DNA of 64,000 bases from Macrostomum lignano (lineage: Eukaryota): the NCBI GenBank assembly GCA_002269645.1, contig NIVC01003470.1, positions 32,259 to 96,258 of the forward strand, given 5' to 3'. The notes below the pieces were generated by a model, which did not search any database, was not told where the DNA came from, and saw nothing but the letters and a program-made list of their open reading frames with translations. Below are positions 1 to 9,796 of this stretch, in pieces; the first letter of the stretch is position 1, and every line of letters begins with the position of its first letter. The translations under genes were made by a program, and so were the position numbers.

Positions 1-1103
1 TTTGGAATAATGTTTAGTGTATTGTAAAATTATTTGCACATCAAACTTTATATATTTTATTCTATGGCTTGCTTTTCCTATTACCCTAATTGCAAGATAA
101 AATAGACAGTGGCTGTCTTGATATTTAATGAGTTGCACTAGAGAGACATAATATTTTTCTTGTGTGCATCAAGAAGATAGCCTCTGTATTTATTAGACAC
201 TTGCTTGTATGGCCCATAGTGGGGGTTTTTTATCATCTTTGTGAATTACTTATAATATAATGAATTATAATAATTTTCATATCTTGCCTTAGTGGAATGC
301 ATTCCTAAAGTCCACAGAATGCAATATGCCAAAACTGAATTGGAAATCTATATGCAGGAGCAAGTTTTGTTGAATGTCCTTATTATCTATGGTATGAAAT
401 AAATATCCAATTGCCAAAATTGAATGCTGCTTGCTGAAATTAAATGTCTTTGTCAAATTGAAATGACAGTTACATAGCTAAATATAGAATGATAACATTG
501 AATATCAGCTTATTTATATTTATAGAAATTTTATTGAATATCAAATATAAGTATATATTAAATATTTACAAAATATATGTTTTTTTAAATTGAATAGAAA
601 AATGTATACTATTGCATTAAGGCACAAGAACTTGTTATATAAACTAGTATATTTTTTTAGGCCTAGGACTATTTAACTTACTTACTATGGGCCAAAAATA
701 CTTCAACTAGCAGTGCATTAAGTGCAACTCAATTTTATTTTAGCAGTATAGTTGTGTCTAATTTGTGAATGAATAACTAAATTAATTAACTTATAAATTA
801 TTGGCATAAGCCATGACAAAAGCCATGACTACCAATCCCTTACCATTGCTCTGTTGCTTAATAAAAACAAAGTTGCTTCATTCTAAATCATAACATCATT
901 TATTTTATTGATTGATTTAACCTTTTTGGCTTTTATATAAATAGGACCCTTTTTAGCTTAGCTTTTTTGGAATACTTAAAAATATAAAAATCACTAACAA
1001 TAAAAGAAAATAATTCAACAAATGGTTTTGAAGGATAATCAATCTTGTGACAGCCTTAATTGACCACAATCTGCTAGCATAAACAGTTAGGCATGTATAT
1101 TAT

Positions 1104-1268
1104 TGTAAGAACAAGCGAAAACGAGAAATTGGCTTAAGGCGTAGACCGACTCTTGGCTGCCCAGGGCGCCAAGGCATTCACTTATATATTATCATTGTAC
1201 AGCGAGCAAATGTACATAAGAGCTAGTGAACGTGTGCACACGCAATCAACTAAGCAAACCATCTTACA
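1104..1268 (-). repeat. 3' LTR
   Basis: Direct repeat of 6186-6350, tgtaaga...tcttaca. Confidence 0.95.
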
Positions 1269-1271
1269 ATG

Positions 1272-1284
1272 CTCTCCTTCTTTC
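1272..1284 (-). promoter_or_regulatory. Polypurine tract (PPT)
   Basis: Minus strand GAAAGAAGGAGAG just before the 3' LTR. Confidence 0.75.
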
Positions 1285-1482
1285 AAAAAAAAGTGTTCCA
1301 CTCACTTTCTGCATTTTTCGTTGTGTTAAAAAAAGTTACGAGTATGAGTTCGACGAATTCTGATCGAATATTTGAACGAATAAATAGTTGAGGGAAATAA
1401 AAGTGGAAATTAAAATGGACTTAAGCAATGTCAATGTTTAAAAAAACTATCTAAGAAAATCTGCATTCAATGAGTATACACT

Positions 1483-3051
1483 TCACCAAAAAAATTCTGG
1501 CGGGGCACGGGCCCTCTCACTTCGGCGCAATACAGGCTGTTCTGGATGCTCTGGAACATCAGCAGGGGCGCCGACCGGGGCGCCGATTGGGGCGCCGACC
1601 GGAGCGCCGGCTGGGGCGCCGGCTGGGGCGCCGGCTGGGTCGCCGGCTGGGTCGCCGGCTGGGGCGCCGCGGGCGCCGACTGGGGCGCCGACTGGGGCGC
1701 CGGCTGGGGCGCCGGCTGGGACGCCGTTAAATCTCAGGTCGTCCTCGTCAGGATTGTGCAGTTGCGCCGCTGGTTGCAATTGAGGTGCTGCAGCTGGACT
1801 GGCCGTGTTGCATGGCTTCAGGCGATTGAAATGCACCACCCTTCGCCGTCGTGCATTGGCCTCGTGCTGAATGCGGTAGGTGACGTCTGAGATCTGCTTT
1901 TTAACGCGCCATGGCCCAGTCCACCATCGATGAAATTTTCGGCTCTCGCCTCGCTTCAGCGCCGGATTGTGCAGCCATACCAGATCGTTCTCGCTGAATG
2001 CCTCGCCGTGGCACCTCCTGTCGTACGCTGCCTTCTGGTGCAGTTGCGCTGCCTCCAAGTTTTGTCGCGCCCTCTCGTGCGATGTCTGCAGCCGGCTCCG
2101 CAGCTCGGCCACCCATTCACAAGGACGTTGCCTATCCGGCGCCAGACCTCCGTATGCCAAGTCCAGTGGTAGTCGCAGTTCCCGGCCGAAATGCATCGCC
2201 GAAGGTGTCTGACCAGTCGACTTGTGGACTGAAGTGCGGTAGCCAATCAGTGCAATCTGCAGATGAAGATCCCAGTCTCGCTGATTCTCGTTCACCCATG
2301 CTCGCAGCAGCTGCACCAGTGTCCGGTTCATCCGTTCGCAACCGCCGTCTCCTTCAGGGTGGTAGCCTGTCGTCCGAGTCTTGTCGATTTTCAGCAGCCG
2401 CATCGTCTCTTGAAACAGCTGTGACTCCCAGTTCCGACCCTGGTCGGTGTGCACCGACTGCGGGACTCCAAAGCGAGCCACCCACTCGTTGACAAACGTC
2501 CGGGCTGTGGTCTCAGCGTCTTGAGACGGCAGTGGAAAGGCCTCAGTCCACTTGCTGAAGGTGTCGATGACTACCAGGATGACTGAATTTCCACGATCGG
2601 TCCTCGGCAGGCCCACCATGAAGTCCATTTCCAGTCGCTGGCCAACGCTGCCGACCGCCATGCTCTGTAGAGGTGCCCGCCTGTGCTGGCCAGAATCTTT
2701 CAGTGTCGCGCATTCGAGGCACGCAGCACACCAGTCAGTCACATCTGCTGTCATTCCAGGCCAGTAGAGTCGCGCCCTGATCTTTTCAATGGTCTTCTGC
2801 GGTCCGCAGTGGCTGCCGCTCGTTCCAGCATGAGCTTCGACAAAAACATCGCGCTGTAGACTCTCTGGCACCAGCAGCTGCTGACAAAAGGCGCTGCCAT
2901 CTTCGGATTCCCATCGGCGGCACAGCAGTCCGTTCACCAGTGTCAGCCGCTTAAACTCGGACAGCAGTTGCCGCTGCCGATTGCTCCAGCCGTCCGTCTC
3001 TGCCTTATCCGGTGGTTGCCCATCTCGCAAGCAGTTCGCCAGCTTCTGCAT
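1483..3051 (-). CDS. Gypsy integrase with a low-complexity (GAPA)n C-terminal tail
   Basis: HHCC-type zinc region (EAHAG..HCG..CAACLEC), core LEMDF / VHTDQGRNWES / GDGGCERMNRTL. Confidence 0.9.
   Translation of the reverse strand: MQKLANCLRDGQPPDKAETDGWSNRQRQLLSEFKRLTLVNGLLCRRWESEDGSAFCQQLLVPESLQRDVFVEAHAGTSGSHCGPQKTIEKIRARLYWPGMTADVTDWCAACLECATLKDSGQHRRAPLQSMAVGSVGQRLEMDFMVGLPRTDRGNSVILVVIDTFSKWTEAFPLPSQDAETTARTFVNEWVARFGVPQSVHTDQGRNWESQLFQETMRLLKIDKTRTTGYHPEGDGGCERMNRTLVQLLRAWVNENQRDWDLHLQIALIGYRTSVHKSTGQTPSAMHFGRELRLPLDLAYGGLAPDRQRPCEWVAELRSRLQTSHERARQNLEAAQLHQKAAYDRRCHGEAFSENDLVWLHNPALKRGESRKFHRWWTGPWRVKKQISDVTYRIQHEANARRRRVVHFNRLKPCNTASPAAAPQLQPAAQLHNPDEDDLRFNGVPAGAPAGAPVGAPVGARGAPAGDPAGDPAGAPAGAPAGAPVGAPIGAPVGAPADVPEHPEQPVLRRSERARAPPEFFW
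1565..1726. repeat. 12-bp GC-rich minisatellite within the integrase tail
   Basis: Tandem ggcgccggctgg/ggcgccgactgg units encoding GAPA/GAPV/GDPA. Confidence 0.9.
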
Positions 3052-4244
3052 GCACCGATCTCTGCCTGTGCTCGTCGAATCGCGCTGTCGTCATTGAACT
3101 CGACAGCGAGCGCAGAGCCACTGCACAGGCAAGGTCCTTTTCGACACGGTCGCCGACTAAGTGCGTCTGCATTTCCATGTTTCTCGCCCTTGCGATACTC
3201 AGTCTGGTAGTCGAATTCGCTTAGCTTATCCAGCCACCGTGCCAGCTGACCATCGGGATCTCGAAAGCGCAGAAGATGGATCAGCGAGGCGTGATCAGTA
3301 CGTAGTGTGAATCTTTTTCCTAACAAGTAGCTGCGATAGTGACCGACGAAGTGCACAATTGCCAGCAGCTCACGCCTCGTTGTGCAGTAATTTCTCTCTG
3401 CTTTGGACAGAATGCGACTGCCGTACGCCACCACCTGCGTCCTGCCACCACGGCGCTCTTGAAGAACTCCGGAGATGGCCACGCCAGAGGCATCGGTATC
3501 TAGCACGAACTCAGCGTCTTCTGCGAATGTCGGCATGATGAGGACTGGGCTGGAAGTAAGGCACTGCTTTAGGCGATTAAATGCTGCTGAGCATTCGAGA
3601 GTCCAGCTGAAGGTCACGTCCTTTTGCGTTAGCTTGTACAGCGGTTCAGCAATCTCACTGTAGTTTTTAACGAAATGACGATAGTAGCCACATAACCCCA
3701 GGAATTGTCGCACTTCTGAACGATCTTCGGGCGTTGGCCACTCCTGCACTGCTTTCACCTTGTCCGGGTCAGTGGTCACGCCATCTTTTGAGATTCGAAA
3801 GCCAAGAAATGAGATCTCCTGATAGCACAAGTGGCACTTGGTCGGCTTCAACTTCAGGTTAGCGGTTCTGAATTTCTGCAACACAAGCTCAAGACGCCGC
3901 AGATGCTCCTCGAATCCTTTCGAAAAGATGACAACGTCGTCAAGAAATGACAGGCACACTTCCCATCGGAGGCCCTTCAGAACGAGTTCCATCAGCCTTG
4001 AAAACGTGGCAGGACCATTGCACACACCTTGCGGTAGTCTCTTGTACTGGAATAATCCTTGTGGCGCAGGAAATGCTGTTTTTGCGCGACTCTCTGAGTC
4101 CAGCATCACCTGGGTGTACCCGCTAGTGAAGTCGAGCGTTGAGAACATTGTGGATCCTGCGAGAGCATCGATCAGATCGCTGGTGTGAGGCAGTGGATGA
4201 CTGTCTTTGACGGTCACGGAGTTGAGCAGTCTGAAGTCGTTCAC
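2943..4244 (-). CDS. Gypsy reverse transcriptase and RNase H (frameshift-bounded segment)
   Basis: FSTLDFTSGY, LPQGVCNGPATF, SFLDDVVIF, LDTDASG, RTDHASL, NADALSR. Confidence 0.92.
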   Translation of the reverse strand: MNDFRLLNSVTVKDSHPLPHTSDLIDALAGSTMFSTLDFTSGYTQVMLDSESRAKTAFPAPQGLFQYKRLPQGVCNGPATFSRLMELVLKGLRWEVCLSFLDDVVIFSKGFEEHLRRLELVLQKFRTANLKLKPTKCHLCYQEISFLGFRISKDGVTTDPDKVKAVQEWPTPEDRSEVRQFLGLCGYYRHFVKNYSEIAEPLYKLTQKDVTFSWTLECSAAFNRLKQCLTSSPVLIMPTFAEDAEFVLDTDASGVAISGVLQERRGGRTQVVAYGSRILSKAERNYCTTRRELLAIVHFVGHYRSYLLGKRFTLRTDHASLIHLLRFRDPDGQLARWLDKLSEFDYQTEYRKGEKHGNADALSRRPCRKGPCLCSGSALAVEFNDDSAIRRAQAEIGACRSWRTACEMGNHRIRQRRTAGAIGSGNCCPSLSG

Positions 4245-4882
4245 AGCGCAAACTGCCGTCCTTCTTCTTCACCAGAATGACCGGGCTCGACCACGGAGAA
4301 TAGAAAGCTCTACGATGTCGTCTCTCACCATCTGCTCGACCATCTCTGACACAGCTCGCTGGTTCGGCGGCGACAATCTACGAGGAGGCACTCTGATAGG
4401 TTTCGCCGACCCGGTGTCAATTTTGTGGTCAAGGAGTGAAGTGCAGCCCAGGTCGTTTGGACTTTTCGAGAACACATCCTGGTACTGATGCAGAAGATCT
4501 TTGACACACTGAACTTGATTGGCTGTAAGATTTTTCTCATCAATGTGCACATTTGGTACATACTCGGCGATTTGACCTTTCACTGTCTCAACTTGCATTG
4601 ACAACTCTGCATCGGCACCATCTGACATCGGCTCAAAAGTCCCCAGTCTTGTTCCGGGGTAAAATGTATGCGGCTTGGTGTCCGTATTGATATAGTGAAC
4701 AGCGATGAGTCCTCCTCGCAACACCGAGGCTGCGCGCTCCACACATGACCGTGGAGATGTCCTTCGAATTGTCAGGCTCAAAAATACCGCACTCACCATC
4801 AACAGCTGCATCTGACTCACTTGCCAATCTCGCTGGGAAGACGATTTCGTGACCAGCGGGCACGGTTGTCCTGTCTGCTACC

Positions 4883-5389
4883 TCAACGGCGAATACACAG
4901 GTGCTGGCTGCCGATGACTCCATTTTTACTTGCTGACCGCACACAGTGAGCGTTTGGCGATTGCAGTCGATGACGCAGCCACAGTTTGCCAGGAAATCTG
5001 CACCCAGCAAAAAAATCCTTGGCCAGATTGTCGACAACTAAAACTCTTTGTCGAACCGTTGCCACACCGAAACTTAGCTGCACTTCCTGCCAACCACAGG
5101 CAGCCAAATAGTTACCGTCTGCCAGCTTCAACTGCACCGGAGTCGTCAAAGGCAGGAGCCTCTCATTCAGCTTGCGAAACAGGGAACTTGACATCAAAGA
5201 CTGGGAACACCCAGTGTCAACTAGACAGCTGGCAGGGACACACATTGGCAGGATGCGACAGTTTACCAGCATGTTGGCACCAGTGGCTGAGCAGGACACC
5301 TCTACGACTGGTTGCGCCGGGATTCTCACTTGCGGAACGGCACCCCGGCGGTCGCCGCTCCATCGAAGTTTCCCGACTTCTGAGTGCAA
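4883..5389 (-). CDS. Aspartic protease segment in the -1 frame relative to gag
   Basis: LVDTGCSQS catalytic motif. Confidence 0.8.
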   Translation of the reverse strand: MHSEVGKLRWSGDRRGAVPQVRIPAQPVVEVSCSATGANMLVNCRILPMCVPASCLVDTGCSQSLMSSSLFRKLNERLLPLTTPVQLKLADGNYLAACGWQEVQLSFGVATVRQRVLVVDNLAKDFFAGCRFPGKLWLRHRLQSPNAHCVRSASKNGVIGSQHLCIRR

Positions 5390-6167
5390 AATCTTTGAAC
5401 ATGGCCCGGCTTACCGCACTTCCAGCATGTCACAACTCTGCGTCTGTCGCCGCTCTGACGATGATCCTGGTCCTTTGACTCCCAGCGGCTGAGCTTGTTG
5501 TACAGCTCCTTCAGGGACCGTTGAATTCCGACTGCAAAGGCTTCGGGAACCTCAGCAGCTAGAGCCGTAGCAGTGCCTCCTTGCGACTGTATCGATTCCA
5601 CGAATCGCGCTGTTTCAACTGTATCAGCGAATGTCGCCTTTGGCTGCATCTGCGTCTGCATTCGCACAGCTGGGTCCCTCAATCCGGATAGAAACCGACC
5701 TTTGAGAAGCTCGTCCTTCGCTGTCACCGACGTCTCCTGCTCGGCACCTGCTTTCGTCTCCATCAGACTCGGGAACGCACGCTTTGCCGCAACGATCAGG
5801 GCATCGGAATAGTCTGCAACCGACTGACCGTCCTTTTGAGTCAGATTGAAGAACTGCGCCTGCAGCTCAGCAGAGGATGTTGATGGCCGAAATCGATTTT
5901 TCAGAGCCTTCTCAAAGTCGTCGTAGGACAGGGCAGCATCCAAATTGCTGGCCGCTTGATATGATTTGTCGTCGAGGAATGACAGCAGAGCATTCTTGCG
6001 CTGATCCACAGGAAGAGATGATGCGAAATTGTTGAATCGTGCCAGCAAAGTTCAAAGTCTTGTCCATGCTGGTATTGAGGCGGCCGCAAAAACATGTTTA
6101 CAAAACTAGCTTGGGGCTGAGTCACCGCCACTGTAGGGCTCTCTGCACTGCCTTCATTTTCAGTCAT
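5326..6167 (-). CDS. Gag with CCHC zinc knuckle (one frameshift near 6048)
   Basis: CWKCGKPGHVQRFC; N-terminal MTENEG..QDFEL joins LARFNNF if one base is restored. Confidence 0.85.
5334..5374 (-). promoter_or_regulatory. Candidate programmed -1 ribosomal frameshift signal
   Basis: G GGA AAC slippery heptamer in the gag frame (5368-5374), 6-nt spacer, stem GGAGCGGC/GCCGTTCC. Confidence 0.75.
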
Positions 6168-6172
6168 AGCCG

Positions 6173-6184
6173 CCGCTGCCACCA
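6173..6184 (-). promoter_or_regulatory. Primer-binding site, tRNA-Leu type
   Basis: TGGTGGCAGCGG is complementary to the ...CCGCTGCCACCA 3' end of eukaryotic tRNA-Leu(AAG/UAG), recalled. Confidence 0.7.
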
Positions 6185-6185
6185 A

Positions 6186-6350
6186 TGTAAGAACAAGCGA
6201 AAACGAGAAATTGGCTTAAGGCGTAGACCGACTCTTGGCTGCCCAGGGCGCCAAGGCATTCACTTATATATTATCATTGTACAGCGAGCAAATGTACATA
6301 AGAGCTAGTGAACGTGCGCACACGCAATCAACTAAGCAAACCATCTTACA
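6186..6350 (-). repeat. 5' LTR
   Basis: Direct repeat of 1104-1268. Confidence 0.95.
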
Positions 6351-6959
6351 TTATATAATAGGTCATAGTCTAGAAAGTTTCATTTATTTCAAGGGAAGAT
6401 TCTAGTGTACATTTTTTATTTGTATTTAGAAACTCATAATTTACTAGTACTTATTATATCCTATTATCTTATGCACCTTTAGTCTTACTCTTAATCAAAT
6501 TGATAATTGATGAACTTTGTCTTTAGCCCTAGGCCCCTCTATTTATGATTGGGTTTTTTATGTGAGGTTACAATAAGTTGAAAAAGACAAAAAAGAAAGT
6601 TTATACTGCTTTCTATAACTTTAAATTGCTAGTAATAGAATTTGAAAATTCAATTTTAAATTTAGGAATTTGAAAAATAGAAAGTATAAATAATAAATTT
6701 AGAAATGGTATCTTTTAAATATAATACCCCCTAACTATACAATAGAATTGTTTGTTGAATTATTCTTTGCTTGAATTTGATTCCCTTTTATTTTAGAGTC
6801 CAAAAATATAAAACAAAGTTTTTATATTAATAGTTTAACATATACTAGCAGCTAAATTATTTGTTATAGTCAATTGCCACATTGCAACATGAGGGTACTA
6901 GTAAGTTAAATAGGGTAATAATGTGCAACCCAGAAAAGGAAGTTGCCAAAAACTTTCTA

Positions 6960-7340
6960 TGGGAATAGCTACCTCCAGAGATATTCTTGCAAATATGATT
7001 GAAATAATCCTTTAGATATACCATGCATTTGCTAAAACATGGCTTTAGAATAAGCCCACATACCTTCAATATGATTTGTCATAAAGTTGAGTGAGTGATT
7101 GACAAATGCATGGTTTAGCAAATATTTATAGGCCAGCCAACTATTCATTATTATTCTTGTCCCTAGTTGGGCATATTATTAGATAATAGGTAGCAACATA
7201 TTAGCCTAGCAGTTTGATGACAATGGCAGAGCAGTTAGAACCTGACTTTACCATGCCAAGGACCCAGTGACCCTTTTTAGTAGTATTGACTAATATGGTA
7301 TTTCCAATGAAAAACTTACTTTTGTCAATTTTGACCAGTG
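6960..7340 (-). pseudogene. Merlin/ISXO2-like (IS1016-type) transposase remnant
   Basis: Manual translation across stops: VKIDKSKF..HWVLGMV..LLPII**Y..GTRIIMNSWLAY..FVNHSLNFMTNHIEGMWAYSK..HGISKGLFQSYLQEYLWR. Confidence 0.85.
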
Positions 7341-8619
7341 TTTAGACTTCTAAGCTGTATGGGATAGTCTATGAGGTATTAAGTAGAGATATCCTAGTTG
7401 AAATTTAGTAGCCTATGAGTGTTTGCTATCATTATTGTTATAATATGCAGGGTAACTTATGTTCATTAACTCAAAAGCCATTTGTACCTCTGCAGATGGC
7501 ATAATCTAACTTGAGACCACTGATCATCTATACTCCCAAGTATGCTGTTTTGTGGGGGTTATTCCTATGCACAACTGGGTCTGGGACTGGCACATGCCAT
7601 GTGCATGGCATACACTGCATGCCTGCACAATGCGCACAGCATGCATGGAATGCATCGCACAATGCATATGCCACACAACATTTCAAAGTTCAAAAAGTAA
7701 TAATAACAATGACAAGAAAATCAAAAAACGAAAACTAGCTAATAGAAAATGTGTTTTAAAATAGAAAAGATATAAGCATTTTAAAATTTTGTAGGTTTTA
7801 TTGTTTACTTTAGACAAAATACGATTTTTTGTGTTACTAGAAAGCATTTAGTCATATTTAGTCATATTAGTCATATTTAATATTTTGTTTAATGTAGTTT
7901 AAAGTAGTTTGTTCAATTTTTTGATGGACAAAAAGTCTAAGAAACTAGAGAGAAGAGCACTAAGTGGTCTAAGTGGATAAGTTTACTATTAAATTTACTA
8001 AATTTACTGCACATTTGTTGGCTGCCCCCCAGTGCTAGAACCTGAGCCTAAGCCTGAGTCCAAGTCTAACCAGGAGGCCACCACAGACAATGACTTATGA
8101 ATTGTCATGCTGATTATGACATGCTATGAAGCCTAGAAGGTATTTGATTATATATTTATCAAAGTCACCCCCTGGTCTATCCACGTGTGGTGTGCTACAG
8201 ACTGCAGACCCCCACTAATATATTGGCATATAGCGCAGACCTACCCTCTTGGCCTCCCCCCTCTATATGCAGCATGCATGGCCAGGAAATGTTTTCATAT
8301 ACACAGTGCAGGCCTCTCCCCTCTGTGTGCAGCATGCATTTTCACATACACAGTGCATACTCGAGACTATGGCTGATCATCTAGCCATCTAGAGAATAAG
8401 CCTAATAGTCTAAAATCAGAAAAGTAAGCAATGATATAAGTTTAATTCTAGTATTAGTAGCTTGGCAACTAATTTTTCAATTTTATATATATCTTCTTTA
8501 AAGGTTTTGGCTGAAGTTGTCATATTTGAGATTGTCATCTGTGGCTTACGAGAAAAAACAACTAAATTATCTAAATTGTCATCATCTTAGTATTGGACAA
8601 TGCTGCATTCACTAAATCG

Positions 8620-8973
8620 TAGGGTTTTTTGCCAGAGACAAGGTGCGAAATCGCACCTTGTGCCAAATTTCAAGGTGCGATTTTAAGGCTTAGAATGCAA
8701 TTTCTCTTGAGTCTTGTTTTAGACAACTGGGAATGTATAGACATATCTTACATAAGGCTATAGCCATAGGCTATATGACTTAATAGGATTTAAAGAGTTA
8801 TTTTGTTTCATATTTTAAGGCAATGCATGAAAAATAGCTTAAGCATGGTTAAGCCTTTAAAGAAAAATGGTTATATCTAAGACTGCACCTAAACCGCACC
8901 TACTTTTTTATTTCAGGGTGCGATTTTTAAATTTAGGGTGCATATGCACACTCTGCACACAAAAAAAACCCTG
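8620..8973. mobile_element. hAT-type MITE (354 bp)
   Basis: TIRs TAGGGTTTTT / AAAAACCCTG; perfect 8-bp TSD CTAAATCG (8612-8619, 8974-8981); repeated subterminal GGTGCGA motif. Confidence 0.88.
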
Positions 8974-9796
8974 CTAAATCGTCATATTGTGTTGCATTGG
9001 CTGCGCAAGGATCTTAGCTCATAGAGCAGCGTGTTCTTGTTTGCCAACAAATTAAAACGATTTACAGTGTATAACTTAAGGCTTATTCAACTACCATCAA
9101 ACGAGCCATCAAAATCATACAGTCAAATACAAAGGAATCAAATTAAACGAGTCTTTATAGGCCAGGGAAATAATCTCAATCATGCATATACATTATGCGA
9201 ATCCAGTACCAGTTGAGCAGCCTGACACTCGGCTCATCGCTCAACTTGATGATACAAATCCAGTACCAGTCGAATAGCCTGCAGCTGAGTTGGATGATTA
9301 CAGATTAGCCTATTTGTTGTTGGGTGAGCTGTATGCTGATGTCCAGCCCTTCGAAATGCCATCAGTAATTGCGGACTTAATAATATGGTGTAAGACCAAG
9401 ATGGCCACACACCAAGATGGCCACAGCTGGGGTGGGGGTCACGGAGAATGACAACTGGTTTTCTATTGGATAGCTTCAGGTGGGGAGATGTGGGGTTGCA
9501 ATGGGGTGGGGGTTTAGACAGGCAGTCAAAATTTTATTAGTATATTGCAGGGCTAAAGACAAAAATGGTTACGAGTCTTAATTTCCTACTTATAGTAGGC
9601 CCCTAAGAGGTGTAAACATATTTCATATTAAACAAATCTCTTCTTCATATAAAATCTGGTGTAGCTTTTTTCCATTTCTCTTATTGGTCGAGACTAATTT
9701 ACTTGTTTAAAGGGATAAAAACTGGGTAAATTTCATGCCCTGTTCAAAATTCATCTGTCTTATTCACTGACAGCAGTCTAAGCACTTAGATACAAA

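Larger units (their letters stand above)
1104..6350 (-). mobile_element. Full-length Gypsy/Ty3 LTR retrotransposon (gag-PR-RT-RH-IN), young but frameshifted
   Basis: 165-bp TG..CA LTRs at 1104-1268 and 6186-6350 differ at one base; 4-bp TSD TTAT (1100-1103/6351-6354); PBS, PPT and Gypsy domain order. Confidence 0.95.

Noticed and set aside
1470-5812. Plus-strand ORFs antisense to the Gypsy (likewise over the Ingi, RTE and Ngaro elements)
   Set aside because: Shadow ORFs of GC-rich coding DNA with no recognisable products
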